A stretch of 64,000 nucleotides of DNA from Candidatus Scatovivens sp. (GTDB lineage: Bacteria; Bacillota; Clostridia; TANB77; CAG-508): positions 64,001 to 128,000 of the forward strand of contig JAZRKN010000001.1 in the NCBI GenBank assembly GCA_045646345.1. Direction: 5' to 3'. Below the pieces are notes generated by a model. It did not search any database. It saw only the letters and a program-made list of their open reading frames with translations, and had not been told where the DNA came from. The first letter of the stretch is position 1. The number at the start of each line of letters is the position of its first letter. A program made the position numbers and the translations under genes. Shown piece after piece: positions 29,562-39,488 of this stretch.

Positions 29562-30737
29562 TTATTCTAAAATTTCAATTGCAGATTCTGAATCTTCAGA
29601 TTTATTTTTTCTTATTATACTTCCAATTATATATCCAAATCCATATAAGGATACTATCCCTTTAATTAATCCTCCTACTGTTGGTATGAAGTTTGCACAT
29701 TGAACTAATGTAAATATAATAAACGCCACAAACCAAACTAAAACTTTAGATTTTGTTTTGCCTTGTAAAATTGCTTTTGTTATTTCTATTGAAGCAACAG
29801 GAAGCGTAATCTTCCAGAAAATAAACCACAATACTATTGCTAAGAAAAGTGCTACTGGTATACCTATAATTGTTATCATTAATGCAATTATTATTCCTAC
29901 TGTTATAAAGTAATATACCAAACCATAAATAGTATCCAAAAATCCTTTTTCTTTTAAATTAGATGTTTGGATTGATTTTTTAGATGCAAATATTACTATA
30001 ATTGCAATAATTATTAATCCAGTCATTTCAGAAGATACAAATAAAAATAATGCAATTCCTTTTATAACACTTTCTCCAATTTTCTCCATTTGAGCTTCGC
30101 TTTTTTCAAAATCTGCAGTTACATCTTCTACTATTTTAATTTCATTTACATTTAATGAATTTCCTAATACTTCTTTACTAGTTGTTAATACACCATTAAC
30201 TTTACCTTTTTCTTCAATTTGAGCTTGACCACCAATAATATGTGCATCCCTATTTATTGTTCCAGCCATATTTAAATTAGCTCCAACAACTTTTAAATCT
30301 CTACAATTTGTATTTTCTAAAACGCTCATATTTTCTGCGATAGCATATATATCTTCTACATTTCCATATATTGTCAAATTAGTTGCTAATGCATACACAG
30401 AACCTTCTATGTTTGAATTAATTGAAACATTATTTCCTAACACAAACACATTTCCATCAATATTTTCAGATGAAATATTAATAACTTCTCCAATTAAATA
30501 TAAATTTCCATTTACATTTTCTTCAACAGAAATATTTTCTTCAGAAATAAACACATCACTATTTATTGTATTCATTTTGTCTAACACATCATTATCAATT
30601 GAATCTTTCATTAGATTTAAAATTTCTTTTTGATCTTCTTCCATTTCAATAGTATTTAATCCTGTTGCAAATGATACCGAAGCAATCATAATTGTTAAAA
30701 CAAAAAATGTAATTGTTACTTTTAAAATATTTTTCAT
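29562..30737 (-). CDS. Secreted bactofilin-like beta-helix repeat protein with C-terminal multi-TM domain
   Basis: Signal peptide; repeated V.GN.Y..G..I.I units; hydrophobic C-terminus with TIIGIPVA. Confidence 0.65.
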   Translation of the reverse strand: MKNILKVTITFFVLTIMIASVSFATGLNTIEMEEDQKEILNLMKDSIDNDVLDKMNTINSDVFISEENISVEENVNGNLYLIGEVINISSENIDGNVFVLGNNVSINSNIEGSVYALATNLTIYGNVEDIYAIAENMSVLENTNCRDLKVVGANLNMAGTINRDAHIIGGQAQIEEKGKVNGVLTTSKEVLGNSLNVNEIKIVEDVTADFEKSEAQMEKIGESVIKGIALFLFVSSEMTGLIIIAIIVIFASKKSIQTSNLKEKGFLDTIYGLVYYFITVGIIIALMITIIGIPVALFLAIVLWFIFWKITLPVASIEITKAILQGKTKSKVLVWFVAFIIFTLVQCANFIPTVGGLIKGIVSLYGFGYIIGSIIRKNKSEDSESAIEILE

Positions 30738-30755
30738 ATGTTTTCTCCTTATACT

Positions 30756-31412
30756 TTATTTTAATTTAGATACAGCATCTGCTATATTTTCTGCATTAAT
30801 TAAATAACTTCCTGCGACTAATATATTAGCTCCTGCTTCTACAGCACTACTTGCTGTTTTATCATTTATTCCACCATCTACTTCTATATTAATATCAATT
30901 CCATTTTCATCAATATATTTTTTTAATTCTTTAACTTTTTCTAAAGTTTCTGGAATTAATTTTTGCCCACCTTTTCCTGGCACTACTGTCATAACTAATA
31001 CCATATGAATTTGTTCTAAATATGGTTTTATTTCTTCTAGCTTTGTATCTGGACTAATTGAAATTCCTACTCTAGAACCACTTCTTTTAATCTCATCTAT
31101 TGCATTTTTTGTTCTCTCTTCTGTTTTTGTTGCTTCTATATGGAATGTTAATATTTCTGGTTCTAACATTAAATATTCATCTATAAATTCCTCTACATTT
31201 TCAACCATTAAATGAACATCTAAACCTAAATTTGAAATATGAGAAATTGTTAAAGCATAATCTTTCATTAACTCTGTTGTATCTTTTTCTACAAATTTCC
31301 CATCCATAACATCTATATGGAAATAATTAATTTTTCCTGTCTCTAAATTATAAAAAGTTCTAACTGCATTCTCTTTTTCTACAGTTAATATTGATGCTGC
31401 TACTTCTGTCAT
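30756..31412 (-). CDS. rpe: Ribulose-phosphate 3-epimerase
   Basis: HIDVMDGKFV, DVHLMV, MTV.PG.GGQ, EVDGGIN. Confidence 0.96.
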   Translation of the reverse strand: MTEVAASILTVEKENAVRTFYNLETGKINYFHIDVMDGKFVEKDTTELMKDYALTISHISNLGLDVHLMVENVEEFIDEYLMLEPEILTFHIEATKTEERTKNAIDEIKRSGSRVGISISPDTKLEEIKPYLEQIHMVLVMTVVPGKGGQKLIPETLEKVKELKKYIDENGIDINIEVDGGINDKTASSAVEAGANILVAGSYLINAENIADAVSKLK

Positions 31413-31435
31413 ATACTCATCCTTTCTTTACTAAA

Positions 31436-31463
31436 ATGAGGCATGATTTTTTTCATGCCTCAT
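31436..31463 (-). terminator. Hairpin between prkC and rpe
   Basis: atgaggcatga-ttttt-tcatgcctcat. Confidence 0.6.
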
Positions 31464-31471
31464 CAAATTTA

Positions 31472-33538
31472 CTATTTTACAGATACAGTTTGATCTCCTT
31501 TATTGAAATCTACTGTTTGTTCATATTTTGTAACTCCGTTAACTTTAACTTTCAAAATTTTTACACCTGATGTTGTCCATGATTTTGTAATATCCGTTTT
31601 ATTCATTGGATAACTATCACTTAAAATTGTATCTTCTCCAACTTCTAATACTAAAGTTGCTTTTTCAACTGATGGTGTATTAGTTGTTGTAACAGTATTT
31701 CCATTTTCATCAACTGTTTCAGAAACAGTTGGTTCTGGATCTGTATAATTTGTTAAAGATTTTAAGTTAACATTTACAGTAAGTGTTGATTTAGCTGGTT
31801 GTTTATTTACTATTAATTCAATTGAATCCCCTTCTTTTAATGTTTTTCCACCACTTACACTTTGAGAGATTACTACTCCATCTGATTTTGAAGCATTTTC
31901 TTCATAATTTACATTAACAATTAATCCTAAGTCCGCTAATGTTTGAACAGCTACGCCTTCAGGTTGATTTAAAACGCTTGGTACAGGAACGTCTTTAAAT
32001 GCACTACCTATACTCACAGTTAATTTAATCACTGTAGCTGCTGTTATTTCTTCTCCCTCTTCAGGATTTACAGCAATTACAATTCCTGCTTCTACAGTTT
32101 CACTATTTTCTTCTATTGCTTCATATTTTAATTCTAAATTATCTAATTCTTTAGTTACATCTTCATATTTTTTGCCAACCATTTTCTTTGGTAATGTAAC
32201 TATTTTTTGACCTTTACTTACAACTAAAGTTACTTTTTCTGTAACATTAATTCTAAATTCATCTCCTGCATATTCTGGTGTTTGTTTTATTACATAACCT
32301 TCTTCTACAGTATCACTATATTCTTCTTCAAATTTTATTTCTTTAAATCCTAATTCTTCTAATTGTTTTTTTGCATCTTCTTTTTTTACTCTTCCAAGAC
32401 CATCTGCATTACCAATCAAGTTTGGCATCGCTACTTGGTCAGGTCTATTTCCGTTAAGTAAAGCTATTGTTCCAGCCATTGCAAATATAAATAATAAAAT
32501 TGCAACTAATACTCCTGTTACTGGTGCTGCCCACTTATGTTTAGAATAAAACGCTTTCACTTTGTTTTCTTTTTTCTTAGAATTTACTTCTTCTTGATTA
32601 ACTCTTGGAGCTTTTCTATCATTATTTTTTTCCATTTCTAATTCATATATAGTTGGAATTTTTTGTGTTGGAGAATCATCTGATCTAGTAGCTAATACAA
32701 CAAAATCTTCGTTTGGTTTTTTTAGTGCTAAAGATAAATCTCTTAACATTTCTGAAGCATTTTGGTATCTTAAGTTTGGATCCTTTTGCATAGCTTTTAA
32801 TATAATTCTATTAACACTAACAGGTATTGTGTCGTTGTATCTCATTGGATCTACTGGTTCTTCTTGAACTTGTTTTAATGCAACTGATACTGGAGTATCT
32901 GCATCAAATGGAACTTTTCCTGTTAACATTTCATACATTACAATTCCAAGTGAATATAAATCTGATTTAGCATCTGTATATCCACCTCTTGCATGTTCTG
33001 GTGAAAAATAATGTACAGATCCAATTGTTGTACCAAAAGCTGTTATTGTTGAATTTGATACTGCTTTTGCTATACCAAAATCTGTTACTTTTGCTATACC
33101 ATCTTCTGTTATTATTATGTTATGCGGTTTTATATCTCTATGTATTATATTATTTTTGTGGGCCATTTCTAAAGCTGATGCTATTTGAATAGCAATATTT
33201 ACTGACCATTTCCAAGATAATCTTCCATCTTCTGTTATTATTTCTTTTAAAGTTTTTCCTTGAATCAATTCCATTACAATATAATATAAATTATCTTCAT
33301 TACATACATCAAAAATTGAAACTATATTGGGATGATTTAGACTAGCTGCAGATTGTGCTTCTGTATTAAATTTTTTGATAAATTCACTGTCTGTCGTAAA
33401 TTCATCTTTCAATACTTTTACTGCTACATATCTGTTTAGTATGTGACATTTTGCCTTATAAACTAATGCCATTCCTCCATTACCAATTTTTTCTAGTACT
33501 TCATATCTGTTATTTAACATTTTACCTATAAGATTCAT
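31472..33538 (-). CDS. prkC: PASTA-domain Ser/Thr protein kinase (PrkC/PknB)
   Basis: IGNGGMA, VAVK, HRDIKPHN, TDFGIA, TM helix, three PASTA repeats. Confidence 0.97.
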   Translation of the reverse strand: MNLIGKMLNNRYEVLEKIGNGGMALVYKAKCHILNRYVAVKVLKDEFTTDSEFIKKFNTEAQSAASLNHPNIVSIFDVCNEDNLYYIVMELIQGKTLKEIITEDGRLSWKWSVNIAIQIASALEMAHKNNIIHRDIKPHNIIITEDGIAKVTDFGIAKAVSNSTITAFGTTIGSVHYFSPEHARGGYTDAKSDLYSLGIVMYEMLTGKVPFDADTPVSVALKQVQEEPVDPMRYNDTIPVSVNRIILKAMQKDPNLRYQNASEMLRDLSLALKKPNEDFVVLATRSDDSPTQKIPTIYELEMEKNNDRKAPRVNQEEVNSKKKENKVKAFYSKHKWAAPVTGVLVAILLFIFAMAGTIALLNGNRPDQVAMPNLIGNADGLGRVKKEDAKKQLEELGFKEIKFEEEYSDTVEEGYVIKQTPEYAGDEFRINVTEKVTLVVSKGQKIVTLPKKMVGKKYEDVTKELDNLELKYEAIEENSETVEAGIVIAVNPEEGEEITAATVIKLTVSIGSAFKDVPVPSVLNQPEGVAVQTLADLGLIVNVNYEENASKSDGVVISQSVSGGKTLKEGDSIELIVNKQPAKSTLTVNVNLKSLTNYTDPEPTVSETVDENGNTVTTTNTPSVEKATLVLEVGEDTILSDSYPMNKTDITKSWTTSGVKILKVKVNGVTKYEQTVDFNKGDQTVSVK

Positions 33539-33540
33539 AA

Positions 33541-34305
33541 TTATCTCTCCTTAGTTTCTTCTTCACCAACTTCGATATTATCAACTATAATTAGTGTAAT
33601 ATTATCGTATCCCCCAAGTTCGTTGGCATTTTTAATTAAAGCATCTTCTGGTTTTTCTGGATTATTAAGTAATAAACTATATATTTCATTATCTCTTAAC
33701 ATATTTGTTAAGCCATCTGAACACATTAATAATATATCATCTTTTAAAAATCCTTTACATATAACATCTGGTTCTACTGTTTCACTGCACCCCAATGCTT
33801 TCATTAGCATATTTTTCTTAGGATGGTTGTAAGCTTCTTCTTTTGTAATTGTTCCTTCTTTTAAAAGTTTTTCTACATAGCTATGGTCAGTTGTAAGTTT
33901 TCTTATTATATTTTTTCTTATTCTATATACTCTACTATCTCCAACATGACCTATAAATACTTTGTTATTATATATTAAGCAAACATCTAAAGTTGTTCCC
34001 ATATCATGTAAATCAATTTTTTCTTTTGATTTTTCATGAACAACTGTGTTTGCATATTCTACAGCATTTCTTAATAAGCTCAATATACTTTCTCTATCTT
34101 TTTTACATTTTTTAAAGTTAGTACTAATATAATTTTTTGTACTAGCTACTGCAAGAGAACTTGCAATTTCGCCACCTTTATAACCGCCCATTCCATCTGC
34201 TAGAATATATAACTTAATTTCATCTTTATTTAAATCTGATACATAAAAACTATCTTGGTTCATTTCTCTAGCTCTTCCTATATCAGATTTAGCTAAAATC
34301 CTCAC
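33541..34305 (-). CDS. stp: PP2C-type Ser/Thr phosphatase (Stp1/PrpC)
   Basis: ADGMGG, MGTT, HVGDSRVY, CSDGL, GGYDNIT. Confidence 0.96.
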   Translation of the reverse strand: MRILAKSDIGRAREMNQDSFYVSDLNKDEIKLYILADGMGGYKGGEIASSLAVASTKNYISTNFKKCKKDRESILSLLRNAVEYANTVVHEKSKEKIDLHDMGTTLDVCLIYNNKVFIGHVGDSRVYRIRKNIIRKLTTDHSYVEKLLKEGTITKEEAYNHPKKNMLMKALGCSETVEPDVICKGFLKDDILLMCSDGLTNMLRDNEIYSLLLNNPEKPEDALIKNANELGGYDNITLIIVDNIEVGEEETKER

Positions 34306-34321
34306 GACTTACCTCACCTCT

Positions 34322-35359
34322 TTACTCTTTTTTCAAATTCTGTTTTCTCAATTGACCACAAGCCGCTGAAATATCAGATCCTAATTCTCTTCTTATTGTA
34401 GCAACAATTCCATGGTCATTTAGGTAATCTCTAAATTTAATTATATTTTCATTTGTACTTTTTGTATATTTTCCATCTTCAATTTTATTTATTGGAATTA
34501 AATTTACATGTGAAAGCATTCCTTTTAATAATTTTGCTAGCTCTCTTGCATCATCTAAATTATCGTTATTATCTTTTGCTAAAGCATATTCAAAAGAAAT
34601 TCTTTTATTTGTTTTTGTTATATAATATTTACATGCTTTTATTAATTCTTCTATTGGATATGCATTATTTATTGGCATCATTTCACTTCTTGTTTTATTA
34701 TTACTACTATGAAGTGAAACTGACAAAGTACATTGCATTTGTTTATCTGCCAATTCATATATTTTTGGAACTACTCCACTTGTAGAAATACTAATGTGTC
34801 TTGCTCCTATATTTAATCCTTTTTGATTGTTTAAAATCTTAATAGACTTCATTACATTATCATAATTGTCTAATGGTTCTCCTATTCCCATAAAAACAAT
34901 ATTTGATATTTTTATTCCAACATCTCTTTCAATGGCAAGTAATTGTTCTACAATTTCTCCTGCCTCCAAATTTCTTGAAAAAGGAATTCCTGTTGATGCA
35001 CAAAATTTGCATCCCATTTTACAGCCAATTTGACATGATACACATATAGTATACCCATGATGATATTGCATTAATACACTTTCTATTAAATTCCCTTCAC
35101 CATCTTGAACATCAAATAAATATTTTTTTGTTCCATCTACAGATTCTAATTTTCTTACTATTTCAAATAATCCTAAAGAATAATTTTCATCTAATTTTTT
35201 TCTTAAATCCAAAGATAAATTAGTCATTTCTTCAAATGATTTTACTTTATCTTGATAAAGCCATTTAAAAATTTGCTCCGCTCTAAATGGTTTTTCACCT
35301 AACAATTTCAACTCTTCTTTTAGATCATCTAAATCATAATTTTTAATATTTTTTTTCAA
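34322..35359 (-). CDS. rlmN: Dual-specificity RNA methyltransferase RlmN
   Basis: GCKMGCKFCAST radical-SAM motif, MGIGEP, NLIP.N, AACGQL. Confidence 0.97.
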   Translation of the reverse strand: MKKNIKNYDLDDLKEELKLLGEKPFRAEQIFKWLYQDKVKSFEEMTNLSLDLRKKLDENYSLGLFEIVRKLESVDGTKKYLFDVQDGEGNLIESVLMQYHHGYTICVSCQIGCKMGCKFCASTGIPFSRNLEAGEIVEQLLAIERDVGIKISNIVFMGIGEPLDNYDNVMKSIKILNNQKGLNIGARHISISTSGVVPKIYELADKQMQCTLSVSLHSSNNKTRSEMMPINNAYPIEELIKACKYYITKTNKRISFEYALAKDNNDNLDDARELAKLLKGMLSHVNLIPINKIEDGKYTKSTNENIIKFRDYLNDHGIVATIRRELGSDISAACGQLRKQNLKKE

Positions 35360-35509
35360 GGTTTACCCCCATTATATATAGTTTGGTTATATCATATAAT
35401 CATTTTTTTTACAATATATTTTTTCAAGATTTAACATAAACATAACATAGTAATGTCCCTGGAAGCCATTGGAAATTTCCGCAGGCTTCCTCACATTTTG
35501 ATAATAGAA

Positions 35510-35956
35510 TTAACTTTTGGGCTTTAACAAATCCATATTGCTTTCAAGAACTCTTTCTATTTCTTTTTGTTCAGAAATAATAGTATTAAATGATAAAAAA
35601 AACATATCAGTTCCATACTTAAAACAAAGTTCATTACTTACAAAATCTTTATTCGGAATTGTCTTTTTTAGTTCTGTTGATAATTCAATTAGATATTCCT
35701 CTAACTGATATCCAATTTCATTCTCTCTAACTCTAATGTCTCCGTCAAAATTATAGTTTTGGTAATAATATTGGATATTATATTTACCATCCTCATATAA
35801 TCCTATAATAACGTCATCAGTCAGATACCCCGCAAAATCATAGCTATCGATATCAACAATAATCTTGCCTTCATTGTAAAGTTTTCCCATCATCCGAAAA
35901 CAAACGTCTACAACGCAAACATTTCTTACGGCTATTTTAGGATACATTCCCATCAT
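35510..35956 (-). CDS. Hypothetical protein
   Basis: RBS AAGGGAGG before ATG 35956; followed by an imperfect hairpin at 35452-35497. Confidence 0.6.
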   Translation of the reverse strand: MMGMYPKIAVRNVCVVDVCFRMMGKLYNEGKIIVDIDSYDFAGYLTDDVIIGLYEDGKYNIQYYYQNYNFDGDIRVRENEIGYQLEEYLIELSTELKKTIPNKDFVSNELCFKYGTDMFFLSFNTIISEQKEIERVLESNMDLLKPKS

Positions 35957-36116
35957 ACTGTTACCTCCCTTAGTTGTCACTTTTCTATCATTTGTATATA
36001 TTAACATAATTTGTTGTGTTTTTCAAGTTTTTCTTTAATTATCAAGCATTTTAACCATTATTTATGTGTATTTTTTCATAAAAAACGAAGACTATATAAG
36101 ATATAGTCTTCATAAT

Positions 36117-37004
36117 TTATTTTTTTAATATTTTTCTCACGGGAATCTCTATCAATAATTCTAATTTTCTACAAATATTCAATATATGAAATACAATAAC
36201 TTGTAAGAAATTAATATTATTATATTTTTTATGATAATACATTTTGCTTACAAATAATTGTTTCATTTTTTTGTAATAACTTAATGTTTTTCCAATTGTT
36301 TGACTTTCATAATGAATAAATTTTTCACTATTTAAACTAACAATTTTATATTCTTTCTCTGCAATTCTTTTTGCTAATATATCTTCTTCATAAAATAAAA
36401 ACACATCTTCATCCAATAATCCAATTTCTTTTAATACAGAATCTTTTATTATAAAGAATGCTCCAGATATAGCTTCTACTTCTAATAGTTCCTTTTCATA
36501 ATCTTTTTCTAAATATTCACCATTTCTTAATACTTTATAAAAAATTATTTCTAAAACTCTTGTTGAATGAACTACATCCAGCCAAAATGTTCTCATTTTC
36601 CAACTACTTCTACGAATTGGATTATTATCTTTATTAAACATTCTTGGGGCTATAACACCAATTTTAGAATCATTTTCAGACACACTTAAACAATGTTTTA
36701 TTGCCTCTTCAGTAACAGAAATATCTGGATTTGAAATTATGTAGTAATCATATTCTTCATTTAAACTTTGAAGATATTGAATTCCAAAATTATTACCATA
36801 ATCATATCCACCATTTTTATCTGATTTTATTACTTTAACTTTATCTGATTCTAATTTTTGTAATTTTTCAAAAGTTCCTGTAGTAGTAGACTGATTGTCT
36901 ACTACTACAATTCTATTTATTACATCATATTTGGTTATTGTATCTACATATTTTTCTGTATCATCTACATCATTATAGTTTACTATAATAACTGCTACTT
37001 TCAT
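36117..37004 (-). CDS. GT2 glycosyltransferase (WbbL/rhamnosyltransferase-like)
   Basis: IIVNYN, VVDN.S, NGGY..GNN, ISNPD, FLFYEED. Confidence 0.9.
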   Translation of the reverse strand: MKVAVIIVNYNDVDDTEKYVDTITKYDVINRIVVVDNQSTTTGTFEKLQKLESDKVKVIKSDKNGGYDYGNNFGIQYLQSLNEEYDYYIISNPDISVTEEAIKHCLSVSENDSKIGVIAPRMFNKDNNPIRRSSWKMRTFWLDVVHSTRVLEIIFYKVLRNGEYLEKDYEKELLEVEAISGAFFIIKDSVLKEIGLLDEDVFLFYEEDILAKRIAEKEYKIVSLNSEKFIHYESQTIGKTLSYYKKMKQLFVSKMYYHKKYNNINFLQVIVFHILNICRKLELLIEIPVRKILKK

Positions 37005-37024
37005 ATTAACTCCTTCGACAAACA

Positions 37025-37627
37025 CTAAATCATTATATCAACATCTTGAGCATCTTTCATATTTTCGCCTAATTGTAATTTAGAGTCTAATAAATCTGTA
37101 AAATTCTTCTTTTCACTATTAAATACTTTTAGTCCTAATTTTTTACAAACTTGTTTTAATTCTTTTAAAGCACTTCTTATTTCTTCAACATCTTCTGGTT
37201 TAAAATAAGTAATTTTCCCATCTAATATTTCTTTAAATGAATTTAAAGGTATTGCTATTCCAACAATTTTATCCATCGGAATATCGTCAAAATACCTCAA
37301 CTCATCCACTAAATTTGTTGAAGGTCCCATACCTTCAATATTCGTATGCGGTGGCAAATATTTGGCATCAATATCATCCGAAATCACAAAAACCATACAG
37401 TTGTCAATCCATCCTCCTCTTGCAGAATTAAATATCCAACTTTCATCAGTGTAATCATAGTTCTCGTTTTTTCTATATAGACAAATATGTTTAAGACTTT
37501 CATCTGTACAGTTTCTGACATCTTTTCTGTTTTTTATTCCGCCACTATTAATAATTTCCAACATATATTCAACTGATTCTTTATCCAAGCCAAATGGTTC
37601 AAATCCATGATAAAAATAATGTCTCAT
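37025..37627 (-). CDS. Hypothetical soluble protein with ADP-ribosyltransferase-fold-like motifs
   Basis: YFYHG...IINSGGI...ICL...VDE....DIP.DKI.GI; RBS GAGGTG; the fold call is inference. Confidence 0.55.
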   Translation of the reverse strand: MRHYFYHGFEPFGLDKESVEYMLEIINSGGIKNRKDVRNCTDESLKHICLYRKNENYDYTDESWIFNSARGGWIDNCMVFVISDDIDAKYLPPHTNIEGMGPSTNLVDELRYFDDIPMDKIVGIAIPLNSFKEILDGKITYFKPEDVEEIRSALKELKQVCKKLGLKVFNSEKKNFTDLLDSKLQLGENMKDAQDVDIMI

Positions 37628-37638
37628 TTATTTCACCT

Positions 37639-39474
37639 CTAAAATTCTGTTTTTTTAAGAATAACACCAGCTTCATTTTGGAATACAACCTCATAATCTT
37701 CTGTATTTTTATATTCATCCGCTGTATATAAAACAAAGTATTTTTTTGTTTCATCTTTTAAGAAATCTTCTACGTCTGTTTCAACAACAGCAAATTGAAG
37801 ATCATTTATTGAAGCTCCTCCTGATTCTGCTCTTGATATTACATACATCCAAGCTTTACAGTTTGTATTCATTCCACCAACAATCATATTTTTTAGAGTT
37901 ATATCTTCAACATTTTGCATTGCTTCTGCAAGTTTTACTCTATTTGCATCAACTAAACAAGATGCATTTATATTTAAAATTCCTAAAACATTAGTGTCAT
38001 AATAAATTCCAGCTAAAGAAGGAGTTTTACACACATCAAAAAGTGTTGGTCTTTTAGCTTGTAATTTTGCTTCCCAACCATTTGTTGCTGATAAAACAAT
38101 AATCACCCATATTGCTAAACAAGAAGTTGCAATTACAAACAATTCTTTATTTTCATCTAAACTTGCCATAACTTCTACAGCTATATCCACAAGTAGAATC
38201 CATAATAAGAAATACATTTTGTAGTAATAATATGGTGAGACAATTCCATATACAACACCAAAGAACATCAATAAAGTTTGTCCACCAATTAACGCTAAAG
38301 CTACTGTTTGAAAATTTATTTTTTTATCTTTTATTGTTTTATAAATAAACAATATTACAAATGGAATATAGAATAGAAAATCTTGATATAAAGATTTATA
38401 AATTCCACCTTCAAATCCAATTGCATCTGTTAATTTGTTTTGATCACTATCTGTAAATGTTGGTATTACTAAATAGAATATTGATAATATTGTTACTATT
38501 AATAAAAGACCTGTTACCCATATAGTTGATTTTTTAAAGAATTTCAAATATGATTTTTCTTCTTTTTTTCCAAAATCTTTTATAAACACATATATACAAA
38601 TAAATGCAAATAGTGGTGGCACAAATAAGCAATATGAGAAAATTATTCCAACTCCCAATAAAACAATTATTGGTAATTGTACCCAGAAATTCATTTCTGC
38701 TTTTTCATATTCTCTTGCCATATAAAATAATGCTGTTGCAAACATTAAACAAACACTCAAATATGAAAATCCATGTAATAAACTAGTATATGGATATGCA
38801 AATGCATAAAGCATTAATAGTACCATTCCTATTACATACGATTTTTTGTTATGTAATTTTTCTGATATTAACATGAAGAATGATAATACAACTAATGCCA
38901 TTATCCCAGTTTCAAAAACTTTAAATGCAACATAATCTTCCCAGCCTGGAATCACATCTCTTACTATATTCATAAATATACCTGTATTTATGTAAGCACC
39001 TGTTTGCATTGTTTTAAAATTATATCCAGTTGTATTATTAATTTTTGCTAAAGCTTTCATTTCATCTGCAAAATTTGTTGCTGCACTGTAATGCATACAA
39101 GCATCAACTGATGCGTTTGCAACTGTTTTTGAAAGCGGTGCATATTGATCCACTGCCATATAGCAAACAATTGCTAAACAAATTAAAGCTCCAATAAAGT
39201 CTTTTATTTTTATTTCGAAACTTTGAATGCCTCTATCTTTATAAATCTTAAATCCTAATCCTGCAGCCACTATTAAATCTGCAATTGATAAAAATAATAA
39301 ATTAGTTGTAACATTTAGACATCCGAACACCATGCAGACTAAGATATTAAATCCCAAATAACAAATTACACTTAATATCAAATGATTTACTAAGTTTTGT
39401 TTACTTTCAGATTTTTTGAAAAGTACAAATATACTTATCAAAGCAATTACTGTTAATACATAGAAAATTCCCAT
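37639..39474 (-). CDS. Polytopic membrane protein, GT-C-like (paralog B)
   Basis: More than 10 TM segments; VDACMHY and MQTGAYIN in the first large loop. Confidence 0.65.
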   Translation of the reverse strand: MGIFYVLTVIALISIFVLFKKSESKQNLVNHLILSVICYLGFNILVCMVFGCLNVTTNLLFLSIADLIVAAGLGFKIYKDRGIQSFEIKIKDFIGALICLAIVCYMAVDQYAPLSKTVANASVDACMHYSAATNFADEMKALAKINNTTGYNFKTMQTGAYINTGIFMNIVRDVIPGWEDYVAFKVFETGIMALVVLSFFMLISEKLHNKKSYVIGMVLLMLYAFAYPYTSLLHGFSYLSVCLMFATALFYMAREYEKAEMNFWVQLPIIVLLGVGIIFSYCLFVPPLFAFICIYVFIKDFGKKEEKSYLKFFKKSTIWVTGLLLIVTILSIFYLVIPTFTDSDQNKLTDAIGFEGGIYKSLYQDFLFYIPFVILFIYKTIKDKKINFQTVALALIGGQTLLMFFGVVYGIVSPYYYYKMYFLLWILLVDIAVEVMASLDENKELFVIATSCLAIWVIIVLSATNGWEAKLQAKRPTLFDVCKTPSLAGIYYDTNVLGILNINASCLVDANRVKLAEAMQNVEDITLKNMIVGGMNTNCKAWMYVISRAESGGASINDLQFAVVETDVEDFLKDETKKYFVLYTADEYKNTEDYEVVFQNEAGVILKKTEF

Positions 39475-39488
39475 AAATTTTCTCCTTT

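Noticed and set aside
35452-35497. Bulged hairpin considered as an integron attC site
   Set aside because: No RYYYAAC/GTTRRRY core boxes, no integrase and no cassette array; kept only as part of the insert-hairpin observation
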